Counted from the first letter of the whole stretch, positions 15,579-28,320 are shown. The stretch is 63,869 bases of DNA, filler included, from Octopus bimaculoides (GCF_001194135.2; 5 parts of 5 records of this genome joined end to end with filler, not necessarily neighbours in it); one strand, 5' to 3'. Program-made: numbers and translations. Notes: generated from the sequence alone by a model not told the origin.

Positions 15579-15632
<54 letters not shown>

Positions 15633-16447
15633 GTGTGTGTGTGTGTGTGTGTGTGATTTCTTTCAGCTGATTCAATTTACTGTTATTTTAGAGTTACCTT
15701 TGGCTCTGTTTAATTCATTTGACTAAATTAACTGGATTCAGTTTCTTTTTTCTGATGAACCAACAAATTGTCAAGCACACTCTAAAATAACAATCAACAT
15801 GATTAGCTGAAATAAATTATATTCTACCATGGTATTGAGCACTTTTTTATCCTTAATACCTATATATATATATATATATATATGTACACACCCACACACA
15901 AATGTATGTATGTATACAAACACACATGTACATATTAAAACTCGTGGTGCTCAAATTGTTTGAGAAGAAGAATCAAATAAATGAGGAAATTATATATTCA
16001 CACACATACATATATGCATGCACATGCATATATATGTATACATATACATCCACACATATATATATATTCGTACATACACACACACACATATGGATGCATA
16101 CATGATCATACATAGATATAAATATGCATACAGTTTTAAATTTTACTTTGGTATTAATTTAAGTTTTCCATTAAAACGTATGACTTGCTCAGCCAAGAAT
16201 TCTGAGTTATAGTATAAAAGAATAAAATTATGCATTTTTTTTTTTTAATAAATATTGAGAAATTCTACGTCTGTTAAAATTCTACACTGCAAGAAGTAGT
16301 CTTCTTATTAAAATTCTGAACATCAAATATAAAGTTAGTGCCCCATTCACCAACCTCCCTAGCAATACATTATGACATTAGAAAGACATAAATTAATAAA
16401 AGCCCAGCCTGCCCAATACACACACACACATATNNNNNNNNNNNNNN

Positions 16448-16491
<44 letters not shown>

Positions 16492-17115
16492 TAAATATCA
16501 GTGTGCATCTGTGTGTATACATATACAAGTATATGTATTCGTGCACACATATATATATATATATATATGTGCACATACATATATAGTTGCTTGTGTATAT
16601 GTACATACATATAGTTAATTTGTATGTATATGCGTGTACATGTGTATATATACACATGCTAGTATGTGCATGGTTGTATATATGTATATAGCTATATAAT
16701 ACATATTGATATGCATAGCTACATGCACATGTTCATACATAAACCATATTTCTCAAAGGCTATTGTTATTTATTATCAAACCCTAAGTATTATTCTAGTC
16801 TCTAGAATTCTTCTCTCCCCCTATCCCCGGATATGACAAATCAAACACACACACACACACACAGAGTACACAAACACCTACATAATATTCACACACATGC
16901 ACAAACACACAATCACTACATGAACACATGTATGTAAACTATTTAGTTTGTTAATTTCATTTTTTAATACTTAAATTGAAACCAAAGTTTATATATACAT
17001 ATATACACACACACGTGCGCATGTGTGTATAAGTATATATGTGTGCATGTGTATGTATGTGTACATGTGTGTGTATATATATATATATATATATACACAT
17101 GTCCATATGTATACA

Positions 17116-17159
<44 letters not shown>

Positions 17160-17225
17160 CGTGTGCATATATATGTATATATGTGTCCATATGTATATAT
17201 GTGTGTGTATATGCATATATATATG

Positions 17226-17260
<35 letters not shown>

Positions 17261-17745
17261 ATATGTATACATATGTTTTCTTTTTTTCATCTTCCATTTT
17301 TGTAGTTTTAGCACATTTTATCAACAGTAAACATTTAAAAATTTGAATATTTAGAAAAAAAAGGCTTTTAAAACTATTTAAAATAAAANNNNNNNNNNNN
17401 NNNNNNNNNNNNNNNNNNNNNNNNNNNNNNNNNNNNNNNNNNNNNNNNNNNNNNNNNNNNNNNNNNNNNNNNNNNNNNNNNNNNNNNNNNNNNNNNNNNN
17501 NNNNNNNNNNNNNNNNNNNNNNNNNNNNNNNNNNNNNNNNNNNNNNNNNNNNNNNNNNNNNNNNNNNNNNNNNNNNNNNNNNNNNNNNNNNNNNNNNNNN
17601 NNNNNNNNNNNNNNNNNNNNNNNNNNNNNNNNNNNNNNNNNNNNNNNNNNNNNNNNNNNNNNNNNNNNNNNNNNNNNNNNNNNNNNNNNNNNNNNNNNNN
17701 NNNNNNNNNNNNNNNNNNNNNNNNNNNNNNNNNNNNNNNNNNNNN

Positions 17746-17790
<45 letters not shown>

Positions 17791-18795
17791 TATAAAAATC
17801 TCTGCTCTGAGGAATCAGCCATGTGTAAACCCATCTCTTCTAAATTATATAATTTTATTTATTTCATTCGCATATCATGAACGATAAATCATGTTTAAAA
17901 CTATAATATTATGAAATATTCATCTAGATCTTATCAAAAGAAAGAGAACAACAACAGCAACAACTATTTTTAATGAACAATGGAAGAAAAAAAATATATA
18001 CATGAATTATAAAAAAAAATATATATATATATATATCCATGAACATTGAGCCAAAAGCAAATGTATATGTTTAATATACACCAAAATATAAAAAAAAAAA
18101 GAAATAAAGCAAATATTTCATCTCTCCTTCAACAACACAGAACAAAAAAATGTAAAAAAAAATTAAATAAATAAAAATGATGAGACTTATTAAGATCAGT
18201 ATTTCATCCTGTGTGTTTAATTAGTTTATGTCCATACTATAGATTGATTCATGGAGGAGGGGGGTGTTCTATTTAACTACAACAACAACGTTAACACCAT
18301 CTTAGACCAACCAGCTAAGAACATTGCAAAGTTGTTGCCAGATCTATTCAATGTAGCAAGCAAATTTCTCCCTCAGCAAACTCCTTGTTGTCTTTTTAAA
18401 TGAGACTGCATGGATATTAATGTCCTTGAATTTAGAACAATGTGACTCCCAATAAAGATGAGATGGTCACAAATGAGGTCAGTCCAAACCAATACATTTG
18501 GAGCTGGAGCTGCGTGTCGCTTCTAGATAACTCAATTGATCAACAGCTATCAATGATATCAAAAAAGAAAAAAACGATACCAGCTGCTTTACGTATCACT
18601 CCCACAAAACTGTGATTGCTATTGAATTGTATTTTAAAAAAAAAGACACAAACAAAAATTAAAGAAAAAGAAAATAAAAAGCAGACAGCAGTTCAAAGAA
18701 ATTTAAAAGTTTGTGTGGGAATCAAATCAAATCAAAATTTAAATTAAATTTCATAATGACTAAATTCCTCTTCTTTGACACATCTGGTGGCTTAC

Positions 18796-18981
18796 CTTTT
18801 TGTATAACAGTCTATACTTCTAGAATAGACCAGATCTACTGAACGATATTAATAATAGCTGATGAGAAAGATTATAGTTACAACTATAACAGCTGTAACA
18901 AAGAAATCCCTGGCATTTTTCAGGGTGTCAGAACTGGGCAGTATAATTGCTCCAAAGTTCTCTTGCATGGAAGAACCATTC
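18796..18981 (-). other. Candidate 186-nt spliced exon (stops in all three frames; contains a 39-aa smORF)
   Basis: Minus strand gatttctgtttag|GAATGG...CAAAAAG|gtaagcc, with a strong acceptor and donor. Confidence 0.4.
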
Positions 18982-19326
18982 CTAAACAGAAATCTAACAT
19001 AGATTACGAAAAAAAAAAATTCTTTTTTTTTTTTGAGTTAAAATAATGGGCGGTTAGCAACTATTTGATTGTTTAACTTCTGTGGCACAATCACTTCAAT
19101 TCGAATCAAAGCTAATTTTGAGGGATAATAAACCACTGCTACCATAATCACCAGCAATAAGAACATCAAATCAACCTATAATACTTTTACTAAGCGCCTA
19201 TAACCAACAAGGTGGAAGCTTCTATACAATCATTGAAATCTCCCTAATGTAGCTGCTGAGTCTTGCTCAACAGCACTCTGTACTGTTTTGTTTAATATGT
19301 GAAGACCTCATGTCTTGAAGACTTAC

Positions 19327-19480
19327 AATTTTAAAGAAAGATCATGCCCGACAATAAAGATAATATGGCCAAAAGCTAGAATATGTTTTTTCTTTACATT
19401 GTCACAAGGTCACACATTTTGTTTAAAAGAGTCAATTGAATCCACCCCAGTTCTTGTTTTCATACTTCCTTTGCCTGTTC
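19327..19480 (-). other. Candidate 154-nt non-coding spliced exon
   Basis: Minus strand aactcctccacag|GAACAG...AAAATT|gtaagtc. Stops in all frames. Confidence 0.35.
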
Positions 19481-22400
19481 CTGTGGAGGAGTTAATAATA
19501 ATAATAATAAAAATCAACCCTGGCAGTTTTTTTTTCAGTTTTTTTTTAACTTATATATATTTTTTTAAATGCTCAGAACACAAAAGGGACGAATATAAAT
19601 ATTGTTTACGCATCACTGAGTCTGCTGTTTGTAATACTTCTGCTACTACAACTCTACTTGGCTATAATATTTCTCCAGAAGATGTATTCGCTCAATCATC
19701 TCCATAAGCTACTCAACAACTACGGTAATAATAGTGGAAAGAAAAAGAAAAGAAAAAAACAAACTAAACAGCAACTATTCTGTATGTGGGAGAAACAGAA
19801 GCAACAGTTACGACATCTGTGCGATAATCCACTTGTTCTGATTAATTACTTGCTTGGGTTGTAAAGATATTTACTAAAGGCATCAATCTCAGACAAAAAA
19901 AAAAGTGGGGAAACATGTCCACTGATGATATTCATACCACTTGCCTATTATTTGCCCAGTGACTGTGTTACTTGATTCACACTATAATCAGTAACATGGT
20001 GACTTGGCATGCAATAGAGAGACAATGATAGAGTAAGTTCCATCAGCAAAACTTATTACCCCCTTTTTTCTCTGTCTGATATTCGTGCTTCTGAAGTCCA
20101 ATATCATTCACTTATTCTTGTTTATTGTTTCATCTATCCCTGGCTATTTTTTTATGATAATATTTCACAAGAGTTAGTGACAGAGCTTCTTTCTTGATGC
20201 ATAATCTGGTCACTGTGGCAGCTGATTGTTCCCCCCTCAAGTATTTCCTTATCATCTTCTAGGCGTGCTTCAGTAGAAATTATCAATTATATGAAACACA
20301 ACATTTCTAAACATATCACAAACATTCTGAAAAAATTTTCAAAGACCTGACATAACTCCTTCATTAATTCCCTGACAATTTTTTCTTTCTATGTTTTCTT
20401 TCTTTTTTTTTCATTTGTTTATATTTTTCTTGTTTTCTTTTTGTAATATTTTGGAAAGAAATTTTCCTTTTTTTTTCATATTTGTTTTGTTTATGTTTTA
20501 TTATTTTTCTTGTTCATATTAAATTAATTAATTAAATAAAACATAAATTAAAATAACTTATAAATACAAACATATTTATTGTAATACAATATTTATTACA
20601 TTTTTTTTTGTCCTGAAAACTCACTCCAAATCTCAGCACAGATTTGATTTCTTTCAATTATTATTATTATTATTATTATTACCATTACTATAATTTTATC
20701 ATTTCCATTTTTACAAACTATTTTTCTTCTATTATTTCAAATAAAACAACAATATATAATATACTAGTCAAATCTGCAACAACAAAAAATACACGAAAAA
20801 AAGGCAAAAGAAAATTTAAAAAAAAAAAAATAGACTTGAAACAAAATAAATTTGATTTCAAAAAAAATTTTTAAATGAAAGAAAAAGGATTGCAGAAGAA
20901 AAAAAAAACAAGAACAATAACAAGAACATCTATAATANNNNNNNNNNNNNNNNNNNNNNNNNNNNNNNNNNNNNNNNNNNNNNNNNNNNNNNNNNNNNNN
21001 NNNNNNNNNNNNNNNNNNNNNNNNNNNNNNNNNNNNNNNNNNNNNNNNNNNNNNNNNATATATATATATATATATACACACACACATACATGAACACACA
21101 GGTAAATAAGAACTGAGAGAGTAATGAGAAAACATCATCAAAAGATAACAGGAAATAAAAACTCTTCTATGATCTTATTTAAATTTTGTACTTAAGACTG
21201 CTATTAATTGGTCTTTGAAATATACATATATATCTATCTTTTATCTTTTACTTATTACAGTCATTGGACTGCAGCCATGCTGGAGCACCACCTTGAGGGG
21301 GGGGGGGTAGTCGAACAGATTGATCCTAATACTTATTCATTTTCTAAATCTGGCACTTATTCTATCAGTTTCTTTTGCCGAACTGCTAAGATATGGAGAC
21401 ATAAACAAACCAACACTGATTGTTAAATGGTGAATGGGACAAACACAAAGACATACACAATAGTGAAATCATAGTCATGGCTGTTGCCAGTGTCATGTAA
21501 ATGGCACCCATGCCAGTGGCATATATAAAGCACCAATTACATTCTTGGGGTGGTTGGCATTAGGAAGGGCATCCAGTCATAGAAACCATGCCAAATCAGA
21601 CTGGAACCTGGTGCATCTCTCCAACTTACCAGTTTTAGTCAAACCATCTAACCCATGCCAGCATGGAGAGCAGATGTTAAATGATTATGATGATGGAGTT
21701 CCATAAAGTTTGTCTACCAAATTCACTCCCAAGGTATTGGTCAGTTGAGGGATTATAGAATACACCTGCACAAGGTGCTGTGCAGTAGAACTGAACCTGA
21801 CACCCCATAGTTGCAAAGTGAGCTTCTTAGCCACACAGCCTGCATCTATATATTTAATAACAGTAGTCTTTCAAGTTTGAGAAAAGCAGTTCTACAGTTT
21901 CTTGTAGAACAACCTGTGCACAGATGATTTGTGTATAGTGGTCAAATCTTTATGCTGTATATTAGGTCACTCCCTCCATCAAAACGAGGTTACCTCTACA
22001 GGTGCACAAGTGTGCCACATGTCAGTTTGCAGAACAATATAACATGAAGTGTTTTGCTCCAGAACACAATGCACTGTTTGGTCCAAGAATTGAACACACA
22101 ATCTCGTAATCATGAGCACAACACCATAACCACTAGGTCACATATTCTCTATTATGTATTCATTTCATCTTACGTCCACTTTTCCAGGCTAGCATGGGTC
22201 AGACAAATATGTTATTGAGGTTTGTTTTACAACTAGATGCCCTTCCTGTTGCTAACACTTACATGTTTTTCAAATAAGAGATATGTCTATGTGTGTGTGT
22301 GTTTAATGAAGCTGATGATTTACTCTGTCGTTGCTCAAGTTTTGTGTATTTATGAAGGCAATGAAGAGATTAAGGCAAACTGACTGCAATTCTTACTGTG

Positions 22401-22557
22401 GTTACTATACATCTCATTTTTCAGTGGTCGGCTTTAGTCAGGTGTCATTGTTGTGGATGTAGAGTTGATGTCTTTGGTTGTGCATGCTTGCAGTGTGTCT
22501 CTGTAGAAATGGTCAAGTTACTTATCTAGTGTACAACTTGATAGGCATGCATACATG

Positions 22558-22590
<33 letters not shown>

Positions 22591-22597
<7 letters not shown>

Positions 22598-22757
22598 TTA
22601 TATAAGGGCATTACTATACATAAATGCCTCGCTAAGAGTGACTCTAAAGTTAAACTACCATAATAAACACATGTTTATTATGGTAGTTTGACTTTAGAGT
22701 CCCTCTTAAGATGAGGCATTTATGTATAGTAATGCCCTTATATAAATAAATAAATAT
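22591..22757. repeat. Near-perfect fold-back palindrome (~80-bp arms, 2-nt loop), MITE-like
   Basis: ataagggcattactatacataaatgcctc...ccataataaaca-ca-tgtttattatgg...gaggcatttatgtatagtaatgcccttat. Confidence 0.9.
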
Positions 22758-23569
22758 ATTTATAGGGAATAAATGATGGATTTTTCCCTTATGAGGTTTT
22801 TTCATGCTAACTACTTGAAAAATTCTTATAAAGATTTTATCCTATACTTGAATTATATATATATATATTGTCATATAAAAAAGAAAAAATATATATATAT
22901 ATATAGACTCGCATGCAAATTTATAGATATATAGATGTTGAGCTGGTATGTATAGATATACAGGCTTGCCATTTGTTGCTAAAGAACTGGTTGAGTTGCT
23001 TGTCTAGTGTACAATTAGATAGACATAAATTCATGTTTAGATACACATATGCACTCACACACAGAAATATATGCGTAAAAATGCCTGCTTGATGGAACAT
23101 ATTCACCTTTTGCATGAGCGTATTCATATATGCATACACAGATACTGATATTCATATACTACATATTCACAACTGCTTAAAACCATCATGGCCTAAACAG
23201 AACATTAAAAAATGTTATTCCCCATTCGTTTATTTATATGTATGCATGTGTGATCATTTTACATCCACTTTTCCATGCTGACATAGATTTGATGTGACTT
23301 TTTCAAAGTGTTTTAGAACCAGATGCCTTTTCTGATGTCAATTTCTTTAGCTGCCTCATTCAAAAAGCACAGCTATCCCAAAAACCAGGATGCACATTGA
23401 TAACTATCATATATAATGCATATATGCATATATATAATACATATATGCATATATATAATACATATATACATATATATAATACATATATACATATATATAA
23501 TACATATATACATATATGACCTAAATGCAATATATGAGTGGGCAGAGCAAAAAAAAAAATAATAATAAT

Positions 23570-24628
23570 AATATGCAGTTCAATGCAAAAAAATTTCAAG
23601 TACTGCGCTACAAGACCACAAGCACCTCCCAACTGGCATACACAGGGCCTGGAGGTACTGCAATCCCAGAACCACAAACAGTAAGAGATCTGGGCATCAA
23701 CATGTGTAGTGATGCATCATTTCACATGCACATTGTCAAGTTGACAGCAAAGTGCAGACAACTGGCAGGGTGGATACTGAGGACACTCCGTACAAGGGAT
23801 CAAAAAGTCATGTTGACTCTGTGGAAGACATTTGTTCTGAGCCGCCTAGACTATTGCTCTCAGTTGTGGTNNNNNNNNNNNNNNNNNNNNNNNNNNNNNN
23901 NNNNNNNNNNNNNNNNNNNNNNNNNNNNNNNNNNNNNNNNNNNNNNNNNNNNNNNNNNNNNNNNNNNNNNNNNNNNNNNNNNNNNNNNNNNNNNNNNNNN
24001 NNNNNNNNNNNNNNNNNNNNNNNNNNNNNNNNNNNNNNNNNNNNNNNNNNNNNNNNNNNNNNNNNNNNNNNNNNNNNNNNNNNNNNNNNNNNNNNNNNNN
24101 NNNNNNNNNNNNNNNNNNNNNNNNNNNNNNNNNNNNNNNNNNNNNNNNNNNNNNNNNNNNNNNNNNNNNNNNNNNNNNNNNNNNNNNNNNNNNNNNNNNN
24201 NNNNNNNNNNNNNNNNNNNNNNNNNNNNNNNNNNNNNNNNNNNNNNNNNNNNNNNNNNNNNNNNNNNNNNNNNNNNNNNNNNNNNNNNNNNNNNNNNNNN
24301 NNNNNNNNNNNNNNNNNNNNNNNNNNNNNNNNNNNNNNNNNNNNNNNNNNNNNNNNNNNNNNNNNNNNNNNNNNNNNNNNNNNNNNNNNNNGCATCTCAC
24401 ATAAGAACGAGATACTGCAGCAGCCTCGGTTTCAGAGGACCTCAGCTCTTCAATGCCCTGCCAAAACATTTGAGAGACATGCAAGACATGGATGCGGAGG
24501 TCTTCAAGACAAAACTTGACACTTTCCTCTCCACGGTACCAGACGAACCAATGGCTCGTAATGAGACACAGTTTAGGGCAGCTATGTCAAATTCTCTTAT
24601 ACACCAGATGTGCCATCAAAACTCTTGA
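23570..24628 (+). mobile_element. CR1/L2-like LINE ORF2 3' end (gapped)
   Basis: MQFNAKKFQVLRY...VRDLGINM...WILRTLRTRDQKVMLTLWKTFVLSRLDYCSQLW...RGPQLFNALPKHLR...FKTKLDTFLSTVPDEP is a typical post-RT LINE C-terminus. Confidence 0.85.
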
Positions 24629-24821
24629 TTGGACCATGTCAGGTGGGGGAGAAGAGCCATGCGAGGAGCGTGAAAATCACGGTGGTGCACCAGCATGACC
24701 ACAGCCACTTGGCTGAAACACATAAATAAATAAAATAAATAAATAAATATATAATACATATATACATATATAATACATATATACATATATAATATATATA
24801 TATATGTATATATATACGACC

Positions 24822-25390
24822 AAGTCAGTAGCAGGGGTGGATGCACTGAAAGTGTAGCTGCTAGAATAAGAATAGTCTGGGCAAAGTTCAGAGAGCTCTT
24901 ACCTCTGCTGGTGACAAAGGGCCTCTCGCTCAGAGTAAAAGGTAGACTGTATGACATGTGTACAAACAGCCATGCTACATGGCAGTGAAATATGGGCCGT
25001 GACTGCTGAGGGCATGTGTAAGCTTGCAAGGAATGAAGCCAGTATTCTCCGATGGATGTGTAATGTCAGTGTTCATACACAACAGAGTGTAAAGTACCTT
25101 GAGACAAAAGTTGAACCTAAGAAGCTTCAGATGTGGTGTGCCAGAGAGACGATTGCACTGGTATGGTCATGTGGTATGAATGGATGAGGATAGCTGTGTG
25201 AAAATGTGTGACACCCTAGCGGTTGAGGGAAACTGTGGAAGAGGTAGACCCAGGAAGACCTGGGGTGAGGTGGTGAAGCACAACCTTCAAACATTAGGGC
25301 CTCACCGAGGCAATTAGTAGTGACCGAGACCTTTGGAAATATGCTGTGCTTGAAAAGATTTGGCAAGCCAAGTGAGACCATAACCCGTGG
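24822..25390 (+). mobile_element. RTE-clade LINE 3' fragment
   Basis: SVAARIRIVWAKFRELLPLLVTKGLSLRVKGRLYDMCVQTAMLHGSEIWAV...RGRPRKTWGEVV. Confidence 0.85.
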
Positions 25391-26130
25391 CCTATGCCAG
25401 GGGTGTATCCAGCCCACTGATGTGTACCTTTCCTTCATTGGACACTAAACTCTGCTTGCAAAGACCTGTTGAGGGAAGTGAAATCGAAATTGAACCAACT
25501 TCGATGATTGGCATCCATGCTAGTGGAGCGCTAAGAGCACCATCCGTGCGTGATTGTTGCCAGAGCAGCTGACTGGCTACCGTACTGGTGGCACATGAAA
25601 AGATATTTGAGCGAGGTCGTTGCTAGTGCCGCTGGAATGGCTCCTGTGCAGGTGGCACATAAAAAAAAACACCATTTGAGCATGGTCGTTGCCAATACCG
25701 CCTGACTAGACCTGGTGCCGGTGGCATGTAAAAGCACCCACTACACTCTTGGAGTGGTTGGCATTAAGAAGGGCATCCAGCTGTAGAAACTCTGCCAAAT
25801 CAGATTGGAGCCTGGTGCAGCCATCTGGCTCGCCAGTCCTCAGTCACATCGTCCAACACATGCCAGCATGGAAAGCGGACGTTAAATGACGACGATGATG
25901 ATGATGATATATATGCATGCATGTATATATATATATATATATATATAATACAAATAAATGCATAATACATATATATATACACATATATCTAATAGATATA
26001 TAAACATATACACATATCCATCCATATATACACATATATAATAGATATATATACATATACATATATATGTGCATATATGCATATATNNNNNNNNNNNNNN
26101 NNNNNNNNNNNNNNNNNNNNNNNNNNNNNN

Positions 26131-26142
26131 TTAATTAATTAA
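26131..26142. other. Artificial scaffold linker TTAATTAATTAA in an N run (also at 41673-41684, 53139-53150, 61643-61654)
   Basis: The same six-frame-stop 12-mer is centred in symmetric ~44-N flanks four times. Confidence 0.95.
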
Positions 26143-26186
26143 NNNNNNNNNNNNNNNNNNNNNNNNNNNNNNNNNNNNNNNNNNNN

Positions 26187-26500
26187 GGCTGAGCACTCCA
26201 CAGACACGTGTACCCTTAACATAGTTCTCGGGGGGATATTCAGCGTGACACAGTGTGTGACAAGGCTGACCCCTTTGAATTACAGGCACAACAGAAACAG
26301 GAAGAAAGAGTGAAAGAAAGTTGTGGTGAAAGAGTACAGCAGGGTTCACCAACATCCCCTGCCGGAGCCTCGTGGAGCTTTTAGGTGTTTTCGCTCAATA
26401 AACACTCACAATGCTCGGTCTGGGAATCGAAACCGCGATCCTATGACCGTGAGTCCGCTGCCTTAACCCTGACCCTAACCCTAATCACTGGGCCATTGCC
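26187..26500 (-). mobile_element. tRNA-derived SINE
   Basis: Reverse complement of the 30849-31145 family, with a tRNA-like head ggcccagtg...gactcacggtcataggatcgcggtttcgattcc. Confidence 0.8.
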
Positions 26501-26817
26501 CCTCCACAAACAAGTACATGCCTAGATGTGTACTTACCTTACACACACACACACACATACACAAATACAGACTCATACACGTGTGTGTGTGTGGGTGGGT
26601 GCCTGTGCTTGTGTGCATGTGTGTTTATGAATGCACACACGTGAATGTGACTCTTTCTTCATCATCGTTATCATCATCATCCGCGTTCCATGCTGGCATG
26701 GGTTGGACGGTTTGACTGAGGACTGGTGAAAACCAGATGGCTACACCAGGCTCCAATCTGATCTGGCAGAGTTTCTACGGCTGGATGCCCTTCCTAATGC
26801 CAACCACTCTGAGAGTG

Positions 26818-26858
<41 letters not shown>

Positions 26859-27371
26859 CATCATCATCATCATCGTTTAACATCCGCTTTCCATGCTAGC
26901 ATGGNNNNNNNNNNNNNNNNNNNNNNNNNNNNNNNNNNNNNNNNNNNNNNNNNNNNNNNNNNNNNNNNNNNNNNNNNNNNNNNNNNNNNNNNNNNNNNNN
27001 NNNNNNNNNNNNNNNNNNNNNNNNNNNNNNNNNNNNNNNNNNNNNNNNNNNNNNNNNNNNNNNNNNNNNNNNNNNNNNNNNNNNNNNNNNNNNNNNNNNN
27101 NNNNNNNNNNNNNNNNNNNNNNNNNNNNNNNNNNNNNNNNNNNNNNNNNNNNNNNNNNNNNNNNNNNNNNNNNNNNNNNNNNNNNNNNNNNNNNNNNNNN
27201 NNNNNNNNNNNNNNNNNNNNNNNNNNNNNNNNNNNNNNNNNNNNNNNNNNNNNNNNNNNNNNNNNNNNNNNNNNNNNNNNNNNNNNNNNNNNNNNNNNNN
27301 NNNNNNNNNNNNNNNNNNNNNNNNNNNNNNNNNNNNNNNNNNNNNNNNNNNNNNNNNNNNNNNNNNNNNNN

Positions 27372-27472
27372 TTGACATTTGGTGCATGAGAGAGTTTGAT
27401 GCAGCTGCTCTCATCTGCACCTCCTGCCGTGAAGTTGGTTCATCTGGGACACCTGACAGGAAGAGGTCCAGC
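27372..27472 (-). mobile_element. CR1-like LINE 3' tip (same family as 24520-24628)
   Basis: RLDLFLSGVPDEPTSRQEVQMRAAASNSLMHQM aligns with LDTFLSTVPDEPMARNETQFRAAMSNSLIHQM. Confidence 0.8.
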
Positions 27473-28134
27473 CTCATATATATATATATATATATATCGT
27501 TCATCATCATCGTTTAACGTCCGCTTTCCATGCTAGCAGGGGTTGGATATATATTTATATAAACGATATATGAGTATATGCATATATATGTACATGTATG
27601 TACATACCTTCATCTACATGTACATATAGATACATAACTGGGTACATGACGTGGCAAAAGAACATGGACAAAATGATAAACAAGGTACAACAAACAAGCA
27701 AGCCACATAGAAACATCTCCTTCATCAGCTGCCACCATTAAAACACCAGCGTTTCGAAGAATTAAGGCAGTACGCATCGTTGAAATGGTTCTTCCCACGG
27801 ACACAAATTAAATTATTTTCGTGGAGGGTAGTGGCGGACGGAAAATAAGACAGGGAAACGAAACGGTGAAATAAACAAACAAGCAAAAAGGCTGTAAAGT
27901 GAGAGTTTGTAATTATGATGAAATCATAATTACAATGGAGAGGGTTACAAAAACCTCTCACTATTTCTCTCTCAACAGTTTCCCCACCCCACCCCCTTCT
28001 TGATTCCTTCCCTTCTTTCCTCCCTCTAAATATATGTTGGGACAGACAGACAGACAGACAGACAAAAAAGACATGGAGATCGGCTTCTCTTTTGTAAACA
28101 ATAAAGATTTAATTTGATGTGGTTTATTCTGCAG

Positions 28135-28320
28135 GTAGCTTGGAACACATCATTGAAAACGCAGTGGTTCGAGAGAAAATGGACATTTTGCAGAGTCGCC
28201 AAGAGCAACTTCAGGTGATGTCAACCTGTGACAAAATCCTCAAGTGGAACGTGCTAGGTGTTCAAGGTTGTCTCCTCACGAAAATCATGGCGCCATTTTA
28301 CTTTACAAGCATCACCCTTG
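28135..28320 (+). CDS. Internal exon of an ADAR/ADAD-like adenosine deaminase domain (phase 1-1, 62 codons)
   Basis: ttattctgcag|GTAGC...CCTTG|gtaaat. Translation (G)[61 protein letters not shown](G) matches ADAR1 [46 protein letters not shown]. As recalled, the corresponding human ADAR1 exon is 183 nt with the same phase-1 boundaries. Confidence 0.9.

Noticed and set aside
13489-17346. YIYI/CVCV/THTH ORFs here and throughout the window
   Set aside because: Translations of (TA)n, (TG)n and (TACA)n microsatellites.
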